Shown here piece by piece: positions 18,752 through 28,485 of a DNA stretch of 32,000 nucleotides. The DNA is from Candidatus Kuenenia stuttgartensis (GTDB lineage: Bacteria > Planctomycetota > Brocadiia > Brocadiales > Brocadiaceae). The notes under the pieces were generated by a model. The model was not told where the DNA came from and searched no databases. It was given only the letters and a program-made list of their open reading frames with translations. The position numbers and the translations under genes are program-made. The DNA lies in the NCBI RefSeq assembly GCF_900232105.1, contig NZ_LT934425.1:2100001-2132000 (forward strand), written 5' to 3'. How positions within the stretch are numbered: the stretch's first letter is position 1; every line of letters begins with the position of its first letter.

Positions 18752-19949
18752 AACAAAGACACACGTACATAGCTGGCGCGATATTTTTGTTGCTTTTAAA
18801 ATGGCATTTGATCCTAAGATGATGTTTCTCGGGTATGCAGGCCTTCTTATCAGTTTAGCCTGGTGTATGACGGCGGCATCTTTTTTTTCTGCACTAAAAA
18901 TAATAAATTTATCACCGTTCTTTTTTACGAAAATTATTTTATCCCCGATGCGGGATAATTGCCCCATACATGGAGCAAATTTTTCATCTGCCGCAGCGAT
19001 GTTCAGTGTGGGCGGATTTATATTCTTTATAACAATTGCTCTGGGACTCCTGGCAATATGGTCATTTTTTGGCGGTGCAATTACCAGAATAGCTGCACTG
19101 GATTATGCGAGGGATGAAAATGTTAGGTTAATAGATGCTGTTATATTTGCCAGAAAAAAATTCTGGTCATTTTTTTGGTCGCCAATGATTCCTTTTATAG
19201 GGGTGTTTTTTTTCGGAATATGCAATGTAATTGGCGGTTTAATAGGAAGGATACCGGTATTGGGGGAATGTGTGGTTGCTTTAGGGTTTCCCTTTGCCTT
19301 TGTTGCCGGCTTATTGATGGTGTTAGTCGGGATAATAGGTGTATTGGGTATGTGTTTTATGTACCCTACCATTAGCGCTGAAGGGTCGGATGCATTTGAC
19401 GCGGTAAGCCGTGCATACAGTTATGTAATTTCAAGACCAAAACGGTTTTTGGGGTATTGTGGAATATATATAGTATATGGCATTATTTGCGTTTCAATAG
19501 TTGCTTTTTTTGCATGGCTGGTGATTCATCTGTCTTTCTGTACGGTAGGATTTGGGATGGGAGAAAAATTTTATACCGTTAAAGCATATATACTGCAACG
19601 ATATAATATTGCATGTTTAGGCTTTTGCATGAAGCCTGCTGACGAATCAAAGGCAGTGGCATCTGTTCTTGCCGGGTGGTCTCTGAAATTCCTTGCGGGC
19701 ATGTTGATTGTTTATATCTTTTGTATTAAATTGGCCGTATGGAATTTTTTTATTAACTATGTATTTTCCGCGAAAACAGTTATTTATTTTTTATTGAGAA
19801 AAGAAATAGATAGTACCAATGTTACCGATGTGTATTTGGAAAATAACAGCCGGAATGAACTGACGACTGATATTAAAAATGATGATATAAAGAAACTTTC
19901 CGAAAATACACACAATGATGATGTCCGGAGTGACCAATTTAAGGAATAA
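18744..19949 (+). CDS. Polytopic membrane protein of unknown function (about 8 TM segments)
   Basis: The long ORF's track start is GTG 18702. I prefer ATG 18744 (GGAGAGG 6 nt upstream), which overlaps the yacG stop by 8 nt. ATG 18723 is an alternative. It has multiple hydrophobic stretches and a polar N/D/K-rich C-terminal tail. Confidence 0.7.
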   Translation: MVKTKTHVHSWRDIFVAFKMAFDPKMMFLGYAGLLISLAWCMTAASFFSALKIINLSPFFFTKIILSPMRDNCPIHGANFSSAAAMFSVGGFIFFITIALGLLAIWSFFGGAITRIAALDYARDENVRLIDAVIFARKKFWSFFWSPMIPFIGVFFFGICNVIGGLIGRIPVLGECVVALGFPFAFVAGLLMVLVGIIGVLGMCFMYPTISAEGSDAFDAVSRAYSYVISRPKRFLGYCGIYIVYGIICVSIVAFFAWLVIHLSFCTVGFGMGEKFYTVKAYILQRYNIACLGFCMKPADESKAVASVLAGWSLKFLAGMLIVYIFCIKLAVWNFFINYVFSAKTVIYFLLRKEIDSTNVTDVYLENNSRNELTTDIKNDDIKKLSENTHNDDVRSDQFKE

Positions 19950-20093
19950 TCGTATTGCCTTGCCAATTCAATTCATGCAGAGCATCAAATGCATTTCCTT
20001 CCACACTGTTTGATGGAGCCGTGACACAATAAATAATTGTGACAGGTCTTTTAAAACCAAACCTAATTTAATAGCAATCAATTTGGGGTAAAA

Positions 20094-21434
20094 ATGCAAA
20101 TACCGGTAGCAGTAATTGTCGGAAGGCCAAACGTGGGAAAATCTGCGTTGTTTAATTGTTTTTCCCGACGGAGAATATCTATTGTTGAACCTACCTCCGG
20201 TGTAACCAGAGACCGGGTATCAACCGAAATACGCCATAAGGATTGTGTGTTTGAGTTGGTTGATACTGGCGGCATGGGGATAACAGATTCAGACGGCCTT
20301 ACAGAAGATATTGAGATGCAGATAGAAGTAGCGCTTGCGGCGGCGGATGTTGTTCTTTTTGTTGTTGATGTACGCGAAGGCGTCACGCCTTTAGATAGAA
20401 TTGTCGCAGAAAGATTACGGCATGTAAAAAAGGAAGTAATCCTTATCGCAAATAAGGTCGATACACCGAAATTTGAGCATTCAATGGGCGAATTTAACGA
20501 ACTGGGTTTTGGAGAACCACACCCGGTTTCTGCAATAGAAGGATATGGCAGGTCGGACTTGCTTGACAAAATCATTTCTCTTTTTCCTCTCCAGGAACCT
20601 TACGACAATACAGATTCCGTACCTATTATGAAAATGGCAATAGTAGGGAAGCGAAATGCGGGAAAATCCACTTTAATTAATACCCTTGCCAGAAAGCAAC
20701 GTGTCATTGTAAGCGAGGTGCCTGGAACGACAAGGGATTCAATTGACGTGAAATTTGAAATGGATAATAAACAGTTTTTAGCAATAGATACCGCCGGTGT
20801 ACGCAAAAAAAGCCAGGTAAAAGATTCTATCGAATTTTACAGCATGGCTCGTGCGGAAAGGTCTATCCGGCGGGCAGATGTGGTATTGTTCCTGATTGAT
20901 GCAACCCTCAAAATCTCAGATGTAGATAAGAAGTTAGGGGCGTACATCGACCTGGAAAGAAAACCATGTGTGATCGTTATTAACAAATGGGATTTGGTTA
21001 AGGGCATTGAAACAGAAGAATATCATGAGTATATAAATAAAAGCCTGCCGGGTCTTTCATTTGTCCCTATTTCATTTATTAGCGCCAAAAACAACGATCA
21101 CGTTGCCGAGATGATTCACCTTGCGATGGATCTTTATGAGCAGGCCAATACAAGGGTTTCAACGTCGGAGTTAAATAAGGTGGTAGAAGATGCCCTGAAG
21201 TTGCAACGTCCCGGGCAAAGAAAGTCAAAAACACCGAGGATATATTACTGTACTCAAATAAGTGTCGCCCCCCCTACATTTGTAATATTTGTAAATGACC
21301 CCACACTTTTTGATAATAATTATGAACGATACCTTGGTAATCAGCTTCGCCGCAAACTGGCATTCCCGGAAATTCCTCTTAAATTTTATTTCCGTCAAAG
21401 ATCACAGACAAAACAGAAAACGGAACATTCATAG
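20094..21434 (+). CDS. der: Ribosome-assembly GTPase Der (EngA), tandem GTPase domains plus KH-like domain
   Basis: 446 aa. It has two G1 motifs (GRPNVGKSALFN, GKRNAGKSTLIN), two DTGG/DTAG G3 motifs, and NKVD/NKWD G4 motifs. Confidence 0.95.
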   Translation: MQIPVAVIVGRPNVGKSALFNCFSRRRISIVEPTSGVTRDRVSTEIRHKDCVFELVDTGGMGITDSDGLTEDIEMQIEVALAAADVVLFVVDVREGVTPLDRIVAERLRHVKKEVILIANKVDTPKFEHSMGEFNELGFGEPHPVSAIEGYGRSDLLDKIISLFPLQEPYDNTDSVPIMKMAIVGKRNAGKSTLINTLARKQRVIVSEVPGTTRDSIDVKFEMDNKQFLAIDTAGVRKKSQVKDSIEFYSMARAERSIRRADVVLFLIDATLKISDVDKKLGAYIDLERKPCVIVINKWDLVKGIETEEYHEYINKSLPGLSFVPISFISAKNNDHVAEMIHLAMDLYEQANTRVSTSELNKVVEDALKLQRPGQRKSKTPRIYYCTQISVAPPTFVIFVNDPTLFDNNYERYLGNQLRRKLAFPEIPLKFYFRQRSQTKQKTEHS

Positions 21435-21543
21435 TTCATATTTAAATCAGTTGTGGATTCAAAAGACAAAAACCCAACAAATTTTCCCTGTAAGTATTTT
21501 CTACAGATAAACCGCAAATAAATTTCTTAAAACCCATCCCCGA

Positions 21544-22212
21544 ATGCATCCAAAAATGCTGAAGATCATAAAATATAATAGTTTTTATCTTGGTTTTTTG
21601 TTTATAATGTTTTTTTTAATATGTGTAACTGTATTATTTGCAGGTGACCAGGATAAATTGTTTTGGGATAGCAGATATAAGACGGAGGAATATATTTTTG
21701 GCAGGGAGCCTACCGCATTTTTAAAGGAACATATTAGTCTTTTACCCAAAGGAAAAGCATTGGATGTTGCAACGGGCGAAGGCCGCAATGCCGTTTTTTT
21801 GGCAAAAAACGGGTTCGAGGTGGACTGCTGCGATGTTTCTGCCGTCGCCATTGAAAAGGCAAAAAATCTGGCAAAAGAAAACAATGTCCGCATTAATGCA
21901 TTTGTAGCGGATTTGAAAGACTATAAATTGCCCAAAAATTCCTATGATGCAATAACCTGTTTTTACTACTTACAAAGGGATCTCATTCCTCAAATAAAGG
22001 ACTCTCTCAAGGTCGGGGGAATGATCATGTACGAGACCTTTACTGTTGAGAATGCTGAACGCGGTTTTGACGGGCCTAAGAACAAAGAATATTTATTAAA
22101 ACCGAATGAGCTGCTGTATTTTTTCATGGATTTTAAGATTATTTATTACCGGGAACTCGTTTTAGACGATAAAAAGGCGATAGCAAGTTTAATTGCGGAA
22201 AAATACAAATGA
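21544..22212 (+). CDS. Class I SAM-dependent methyltransferase (TehB-like) with N-terminal hydrophobic anchor
   Basis: 222 aa. Motif I is LDVATGEGRNAVFLAKNGFEVDCCDVS, with post-I and motif II-like YDAITCFYYL. The N-terminal segment YLGFLFIMFFLICVTVLFAG is hydrophobic. All candidate start codons lie before or within it. Confidence 0.8.
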   Translation: MHPKMLKIIKYNSFYLGFLFIMFFLICVTVLFAGDQDKLFWDSRYKTEEYIFGREPTAFLKEHISLLPKGKALDVATGEGRNAVFLAKNGFEVDCCDVSAVAIEKAKNLAKENNVRINAFVADLKDYKLPKNSYDAITCFYYLQRDLIPQIKDSLKVGGMIMYETFTVENAERGFDGPKNKEYLLKPNELLYFFMDFKIIYYRELVLDDKKAIASLIAEKYK

Positions 22213-24398
22213 AATTTTTAGAAGATGTTACGGACAAACAGCGTGAAGCGATTACCCATATTGACGGTCCTCTTTTGATTGTTGCGGGCGCGGGTAGCGG
22301 AAAAACACGGGTAATCACACGGCGTATCGGCTATTTAATGTCGGAAGGTATTTCCCCATACAATATATTGGCCATAACATTTACCAATAAGGCGGCAAAT
22401 GAAATGGCTGAAAGGGTGAAAAAATTTTCCTCTCATAAAGGAATGTGGGTCTCCACATTCCACAAGATGTGCTCAAGAATTTTAAGAAAAGATATAGAAT
22501 TGCTTGGTTATTCAAAAGATTTTACCATTTACGATACGGTGGATCAATTGAACAGGATTAAATCCATCATGGCCGATTTAGAGATTGATACCGCCCACTG
22601 GAAGCCGAGGAGTATTATAAGTTCCATCAGCAATGCCAAGAACAAACTTATCGACCATGAACGATTCGCTGCAACAGCGTCAGATATTTATCACCAAATG
22701 GTTGCAAAAATTTATAAAAAATATGATACCATGCTAAAATCCGGCAATGCTCTGGACTTTGATGACCTTCTCATAAAGACGGTTGAACTTTTAAAAATAC
22801 GCCCGGATGTATTGTCTTCATATCAGGAACGGTTTAAATATATCCTCATCGATGAATATCAGGATACTAATTTTGTTCAATATGCTATTTCACGGCTGCT
22901 AGCACAGAAATACAAAAATATTTGTGTGACGGGAGACCCTGACCAGTCGATTTACGGCTGGCGCGGTGCGGATTTAAGAAACATAATGGATTTTGAAAAA
23001 GACTATCCCGACGCCAGGGTCGTGCTACTGGAGCAAAATTATCGTTCGACAAAGAACATCCTGCTGGCGGCATCGAGTGTTATTCAAAAAAATAAATACA
23101 GGAAGCAGAAAGAAATCTGGACGGAAAATGAACATGGGGAAAAGATAAAGACAATACATTGCGAGAATGAACATAGCGAGGCGGAAGAAATCGCAAAAAC
23201 AATCAGGGCGCTGCGCGGAAATGGAATAAAATATACGGAGATAGCCCTGTTTTATCGTACCAATGCCCAATCCAGGACGCTGGAAATAGCACTCAGAAAT
23301 GCCGGGATTCCCTATGTAATAGTTGGCGGCGTCGAATTTTACCGGCGAAAGGAGATAAAAGATATACTGGCGTATATTAGATTATGCGTAAATCCATGCG
23401 ATGACTCGGCGTTAGAACGTGCGATTAATACGCCGGCCCGCGGTATTGGAACTACTACAGTTAAGAAAATAAAAGAATGGGCTGAGAGCCGGGAGTCAAC
23501 ACTATTCAACGCCATTGGGATTGTGGATGCAATTCATGAAGTCACCGGCAAATCTGCCGCGGCAATAAAAAGGTTTTATGAACTAATTATGGTCTTGCGC
23601 CATATGCCGGAGACGTCAGTGGAAAAAACACTTAAAAGCATAATTGACAAAACAGGGTATATCCATTTTCTCAGAAAATCTGAAGAAAAAGAGTCTGAGG
23701 ACCGCATAGCGAATGTGGAAGAATTGGTGAATGCTGCCCATGAATATGATGCAAACCATACTGACGGTTCTTTGCAGGGTTTTTTAGAGGAAGTGGCGCT
23801 TATTTCCGATTTGGATACGGTTGAAGACATGGCGGAAGCGGTGACGCTTATGACATTGCATACGGCGAAGGGGCTGGAATTTCCTGTCGTGTTTATTTCC
23901 GGTATGGAAGAGGGTTTATTGCCTCATTCAGAATCGCGGATTTCAGAGGAAGAAATTGAAGAAGAACGGCGGTTGTGCTATGTGGGCATAACCCGGGCGA
24001 TGAAAAGGCTTTTTCTTACGTACACAAAAAGGAGGATGAGATACGGTCAATTGATACCATGTGTAGCATCCCGGTTTTTAGATGAAATACATGCTGACTG
24101 CATGGATAGGCTGGATAAGACGGAAAACCATTTTTCTTACGAATATCAGGGGAAGAGTAATTCATGGGAAAACGACGCAGTGGAAGCCTGCGATGTGTTA
24201 TCAGAAAGTGACGTATTTCCCTCCGGAAATGTCCGGACTTTTTTAAACGGCGAGGTGGTACGGCATCCTGTGTTTGGCATCGGAAGGGTCCTGGAAATGC
24301 AGGGAAGCAATGAGAAGGCAAGTGTTAAAGTGAGTTTTAATGTCGGCGGAACAAAGAATCTCATGCTGGCATATGCGAAATTGGAAAAAGTAACTTAG
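22209..24398 (+). CDS. uvrD: ATP-dependent DNA helicase UvrD/PcrA
   Basis: 729 aa. SF1 motifs: AGAGSGKT (I), ITFTNKAANEM (Ia), DEYQDTN (II), GDPDQSIYGWRGA (III), QNYRST (IV), TLHTAKGLEFPVVF (V), RRLCYVGITRA (VI). The C-terminal GxxVxHxxFGxGxV domain is present. Its ATG overlaps the methyltransferase stop (ATGA). Confidence 0.95.
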   Translation: MKFLEDVTDKQREAITHIDGPLLIVAGAGSGKTRVITRRIGYLMSEGISPYNILAITFTNKAANEMAERVKKFSSHKGMWVSTFHKMCSRILRKDIELLGYSKDFTIYDTVDQLNRIKSIMADLEIDTAHWKPRSIISSISNAKNKLIDHERFAATASDIYHQMVAKIYKKYDTMLKSGNALDFDDLLIKTVELLKIRPDVLSSYQERFKYILIDEYQDTNFVQYAISRLLAQKYKNICVTGDPDQSIYGWRGADLRNIMDFEKDYPDARVVLLEQNYRSTKNILLAASSVIQKNKYRKQKEIWTENEHGEKIKTIHCENEHSEAEEIAKTIRALRGNGIKYTEIALFYRTNAQSRTLEIALRNAGIPYVIVGGVEFYRRKEIKDILAYIRLCVNPCDDSALERAINTPARGIGTTTVKKIKEWAESRESTLFNAIGIVDAIHEVTGKSAAAIKRFYELIMVLRHMPETSVEKTLKSIIDKTGYIHFLRKSEEKESEDRIANVEELVNAAHEYDANHTDGSLQGFLEEVALISDLDTVEDMAEAVTLMTLHTAKGLEFPVVFISGMEEGLLPHSESRISEEEIEEERRLCYVGITRAMKRLFLTYTKRRMRYGQLIPCVASRFLDEIHADCMDRLDKTENHFSYEYQGKSNSWENDAVEACDVLSESDVFPSGNVRTFLNGEVVRHPVFGIGRVLEMQGSNEKASVKVSFNVGGTKNLMLAYAKLEKVT

Positions 24399-24419
24399 GA
24401 TGAAAAGAAGGAAGGTATA

Positions 24420-25583
24420 ATGGAAAAACTTTACATGGATAATGCCGCGGGAACGCCAATGCATCCACAGGTGATAGATGCAATTATCCCATTTTTAAAA
24501 GAAGGGTATGGCAACCCTTCCAATATACATCAGTTTGGAAGATTTACAAGCGATGCAATACGAAGTGCGCGTGAGAGTGTGGCAAATCTTATTAACGCAA
24601 AAGCAAACGAAATTATTTTTACCTCAAGCGGAACGGAGGCAAATAATTTTGCAATAAAAGGCATCTCTGCCGCAAACAAAAAGAAAGGTAATCATATTAT
24701 TACCTCTGCAATAGAACATTTTTCCGTACTTAATCCCCTGAAATCCCTGGAGAAATCAGGATATGAAATTACCTGTTTGCCGGTTGATAAGTATGGATTG
24801 GTAAATCCTGACGATGTAAAAAATGCGATTAAACCGACAACGATATTGGTCTCGATACTGTTTGCCAATGGCGAAATCGGGACAATCGAACCGATCAGAG
24901 AAATTTCGGCGGTTGTTAAGGCAAAGGACATTATTTTCCATACAGATGCCGTTGCCGCAGCAGGAAATATTCCTATAGATGTTGCAGATGTGGCGGTTGA
25001 CGTGTTAAGCATGTCTGCAAACCAATTTTATGGCCCGTCAGGAACTGGTGCGCTTTATGTGAGAGAAGGGGTAAGGCTTCTTCCCTTGATAGAAGGCGGG
25101 GTGCAGGAAGGTGGCAGAAGGGCTGGAACGGAAAATGTTATCGGCATTGTTGGTATGGGAAAAGCGGCTGAATTGGCAAAGAGCGAAATGCCGCAACGAA
25201 CAAAACAGATACAGAAATTAAGAGACATGCTGCACGACGGGTTGTTGGGAAAAATCAGCCATATCCATATAAACGGGCATTTGACAAACAAGCTTCCGGG
25301 AAATCTGAGCGTGTGCATAGAATTTATTGAAGGTGAATCGGTGCTGTTGTTTCTGGATATGCAGGGCATTGCAATTTCAAGCGGTTCCGCATGCACTTCA
25401 CGCTCTTTGAAGGCGTCACATGTAATAATGGCGACAGGCGTAGACCCTGCGCTGGCTCAGGGTACGGTACTTTTTAGTATCGGGAGGGAGAATACGGAAG
25501 AAGACGTTGAATGTGTCCTTGAAAAAATGCCTCCCATTGTGGAACGTCTTCGACAGATGTCCCCATTGTACCAGCAGAAATAA
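24420..25583 (+). CDS. nifS: Cysteine desulfurase (NifS/IscS class)
   Basis: 387 aa. It has MDNAAGTP, the SSGTEANN, H-T-D-A-V-A-A and PLP-Lys region SMSANQFYGP, and the active-site loop SSGSACTS. Confidence 0.95.
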   Translation: MEKLYMDNAAGTPMHPQVIDAIIPFLKEGYGNPSNIHQFGRFTSDAIRSARESVANLINAKANEIIFTSSGTEANNFAIKGISAANKKKGNHIITSAIEHFSVLNPLKSLEKSGYEITCLPVDKYGLVNPDDVKNAIKPTTILVSILFANGEIGTIEPIREISAVVKAKDIIFHTDAVAAAGNIPIDVADVAVDVLSMSANQFYGPSGTGALYVREGVRLLPLIEGGVQEGGRRAGTENVIGIVGMGKAAELAKSEMPQRTKQIQKLRDMLHDGLLGKISHIHINGHLTNKLPGNLSVCIEFIEGESVLLFLDMQGIAISSGSACTSRSLKASHVIMATGVDPALAQGTVLFSIGRENTEEDVECVLEKMPPIVERLRQMSPLYQQK

Positions 25584-25611
25584 CAGAAAATAATAATAAG
25601 GAGGTATATAT

Positions 25612-26058
25612 ATGCAATATAGCGCAAAGGTAATGGATCATTTTGCAAATCCGCGTAATGTAGGAGAAGTTGCTGAGGCAGATGGCGTTGGCGAGGTGGG
25701 AAACCCTGCATGCGGCGATATCATGAAGATGTCCATTAAGGTGAAGGATAATGTAATAGTTGACGCAAAGTTTAAAACATTCGGCTGCGGGGCGGCTATT
25801 GCAACTAGCAGTATTTCTACAGAAATGATTATAGGAAAAACGCTTGACGAAGCGTTGCGGCTTACCAATAAAGCAGTTGCAGAAGCATTGGATGGCTTGC
25901 CGCCGGCAAAAATGCATTGTTCTGTATTGGCAGAAGAAGCAATTGAAGCCGCTATCGATGACTACCTTAAGAAAACAACTGGAAAAGGCCTGGAGAAAAA
26001 GAAGGGGCATTCACACGAAGAGCATCACCACCATGAACCCGATTTCCGGCCAAATTAA
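25612..26058 (+). CDS. iscU: Fe-S cluster scaffold IscU/NifU N-terminal-domain protein with His-rich tail
   Basis: 148 aa. NPRNVG, GNPACGD, FKTFGCGAAIA and KMHCSVLAEEA contain the three conserved Cys. The C-terminus is KKKGHSHEEHHHHEPDFRPN. Confidence 0.95.
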   Translation: MQYSAKVMDHFANPRNVGEVAEADGVGEVGNPACGDIMKMSIKVKDNVIVDAKFKTFGCGAAIATSSISTEMIIGKTLDEALRLTNKAVAEALDGLPPAKMHCSVLAEEAIEAAIDDYLKKTTGKGLEKKKGHSHEEHHHHEPDFRPN

Positions 26059-26100
26059 CGCATTGCGTTTTATGCAATAATAAAGAGAGGATTCATAGCA

Positions 26101-26331
26101 ATGAAAGCGGATGAAACACTCGATTGTTACGGACTTATGTGTCCGATGCCCATTTTTAAAACCGCAGGCAAGATGAACGAAATAGCGCCGGGCAAAATAC
26201 TTGAGATAATCGCTACAGATGAAGGAATTAAAAAAGACATTGTTTCGTGGTGCAATAGCACGGGAAATGAGCTTTTAGAGATAAACGAAGAAGAAGGAGA
26301 GATTCACCTGTTTGTGAGAAAATCGAGTTAA
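26101..26331 (+). CDS. TusA/SirA-family sulfurtransferase
   Basis: 76 aa. LDCYGLMCPMPIFK contains the family C-P-x-P active-site motif. The size and position next to nifS-iscU fit. Confidence 0.85.
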   Translation: MKADETLDCYGLMCPMPIFKTAGKMNEIAPGKILEIIATDEGIKKDIVSWCNSTGNELLEINEEEGEIHLFVRKSS

Positions 26332-26498
26332 GATTTAGTAGTAGGTTTGACCCCAAACACTCTGGCTTTGCTCGTTGAGTCTGTCCAAATTCCCCTAATT
26401 CTATACTTGATCTCAACGATTCCAATAGGGTGCATTCCCGATTTTTTGTAAATTTCAGCAGCAATTTTTCATAGCCATAAACTAACTCATTACCCATT

Positions 26499-26552
26499 CC
26501 TTACCCCTTCCAAGAGGAGAATACTTGGAGTCCCCTCTTGGGAAGGGTAAGG
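26499..26552. repeat. Imperfect 19-bp inverted repeat (CCTTACCCCTTCCAAGAGG ... CCTCTTGGGAAGGGTAAGG)
   Basis: Arms at 26499-26517 and 26534-26552 are 17/19 complementary with a 16-nt spacer. Confidence 0.8.
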
Positions 26553-26615
26553 GGTGGGTTCAAGTTATAATGAATAATTTTGAATGCTCGCTCCATGAAT
26601 TTACACACATTCAAG

Positions 26616-28468
26616 CGGATGTTCACCCCAAGTCAAAAAACAAAAGTGCCGTAAAAGCCTTATATTTATTGGCTTTTACGCCGAACAGCAAGCTTTTTTC
26701 TAGTGACTACCCGTATGTTCCGGCTTGGCAATACTTCTGGCAACTTTATCTGTAATGCCTCTAATAATTCATGTGATTGTTGCCGCGGACGCGGGATCTT
26801 CTGGCAACTAGCTTTTTGGCCTTTGATTGTTACTTCCATCGAACAAATGGTCGTCAATTGTGCGAGACCTTCCTCTACCGTCAAGTCAAAATTCTTCCAC
26901 GCTCTGCGCAGCCTTCGAATTATCATGTACGCAAGCATTACCACAAACACATGTCCCCGTGTACTATCCTCCTTTCTTACATACACCGGACGAACCTCCA
27001 AATTCACCGTCTTACAGTCCCGAAACGCCTTCTCCACTTCCGTTAAATCCTTGTATCGTTCATGTACCAGATTGGTATCCGCCTCGTTCTCCTCAAGATC
27101 AGTCTTGATTGCGTAACAACCATCAAGGTATGATGCCTCCTTTAATGCTTCCTCAGCTCTCTCTATCTTTAGCGTCCTATCCTCTTCTTTTATCTGCACC
27201 CACCCATCAAGTTTCAATCTCGTTAGCCTTTCCCTTGTTGTTTCCAGGGCCTTCGATACTGACGACTTAGGATGTTCCTTCAGATAACTGTTCTTCTTCA
27301 CGATGTATTTCTCTATACTCTGTAATTTTGATACACGGGTCTTTGACATCTCTTCCGCCCTTACCGGATTGCGCCTCAGAATATATCTAACCTCATCATC
27401 CTTTATCTCGCAGAGCTTTTCTTCGAACAATCCTAATTGCAGTATCCCTTTATTTATCAACGACTCTATCTGCGGCTTGGTTATCGCCGTTATGTAATGA
27501 AACCCTTCCGGTAAACTTTCGATTTGCACCGTCTTGATCATCCCACGATCTCCTACAATCGTTACATCTTTGCATCCAAACCGCTCTAATACCTTCTTTA
27601 CCTGAGATTCAAAGGTCTTCGGATCCTGGGTGTTGCCCCTAAATACTTCTGTTGATACCGGCTCCCCGAATTCATCACAAAGCATACCGATCACTATCTG
27701 TTTTTTCCTCTTTTTGCCGTCACGATTATACCCGTACTCACCAAAATGATTCGACTTCCCCTCTAAATAACTGCTCGTCACGTCATACAAAAACAACTTC
27801 GGCTTATTGCCTCCTCGTCTTAACTCAAACAGCTTTCGCTCTATCTTTGCCTGATTCTCTGACAACCATGACAAATTATCGTACAGATTGTTCTCGTCAA
27901 ACCCACGCTTCATATCCAGGACGTCACCCGCAGCATGTATCTGCGCCAGCCTTACTGCAGACAGTCTTGACCCCCGGCCTATTACCCTTGCCATTACTTG
28001 CCAAAGCGCCAGCTTTCCTTCAAAGTCCTTTCCCAATGCCTCTTCTATCCCTAATTCCTTTGCCACTTGGTACACGCTCCACGCTGCTCCCACAGACAAA
28101 CCCTCATGGAGTTTCACCGATTCTGACAATGCGCCCAATGCACAGAGATCGTCTTTATGTGCGAGTGCAAGTCTTATCGCTTCAATCTCCAGGGGAGTGC
28201 AATTCGACAGATTCGCAATGGTGCGTTTCTTGACCTTCCCATCCTCACGGTACGATTCCCGCAGAAGGGTAGATCGATAGATTTTTTTACCGGATTTTGA
28301 CTTGTTCTCTACAATATGCATGTCCACCATTGTACAGATAACAACCATTATCAGTCAAGTATATTGTCGGATAATAACAATATATTAGTGACTACATATT
28401 TATTAAAAATACAGCCTTAACAAACTATATATTAAGCACTTATGCGTTTTGGCAGGGGTGAACATCCG
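26616..28468 (-). mobile_element. Complete IS1634-family insertion sequence (1853 bp) with 6-bp target-site duplication
   Basis: The terminal inverted repeat CGGATGTTCACCCC at 26616-26629 has an exact reverse complement at 28455-28468. The direct repeat TTCAAG abuts both ends (26610-26615, 28469-28474). It carries a single long transposase ORF. Confidence 0.85.
26666..28348 (-). CDS. IS1634-family (IS4-related DDE) transposase
   Basis: 560 aa. The N-terminus ...KIYRSTLLRESYREDGKVKKRTIANLS, along with LFLYDVTSSYLEG (first D region), VTIVGDRGMI (second D) and a C-terminal YxxRxxxE-like segment, matches my recollection of IS1634 transposases. The true start may be the internal MHIVENK. Confidence 0.85.
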   Translation of the reverse strand: MVVICTMVDMHIVENKSKSGKKIYRSTLLRESYREDGKVKKRTIANLSNCTPLEIEAIRLALAHKDDLCALGALSESVKLHEGLSVGAAWSVYQVAKELGIEEALGKDFEGKLALWQVMARVIGRGSRLSAVRLAQIHAAGDVLDMKRGFDENNLYDNLSWLSENQAKIERKLFELRRGGNKPKLFLYDVTSSYLEGKSNHFGEYGYNRDGKKRKKQIVIGMLCDEFGEPVSTEVFRGNTQDPKTFESQVKKVLERFGCKDVTIVGDRGMIKTVQIESLPEGFHYITAITKPQIESLINKGILQLGLFEEKLCEIKDDEVRYILRRNPVRAEEMSKTRVSKLQSIEKYIVKKNSYLKEHPKSSVSKALETTRERLTRLKLDGWVQIKEEDRTLKIERAEEALKEASYLDGCYAIKTDLEENEADTNLVHERYKDLTEVEKAFRDCKTVNLEVRPVYVRKEDSTRGHVFVVMLAYMIIRRLRRAWKNFDLTVEEGLAQLTTICSMEVTIKGQKASCQKIPRPRQQSHELLEALQIKLPEVLPSRNIRVVTRKKLAVRRKSQ

Positions 28469-28485
28469 TTCAAGTAAAATATCAG

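Noticed and set aside
25474-26010. 178-aa minus-strand ORF overlapping iscU
   Set aside because: It is antisense to a canonical IscU gene, with no recognisable motifs and no SD.
26525-26755. 76-aa plus-strand ORF starting MESPLGKGKGWV
   Set aside because: It starts in the palindromic repeat and runs across the IS terminal repeat into the antisense of the transposase, which is not a plausible gene.
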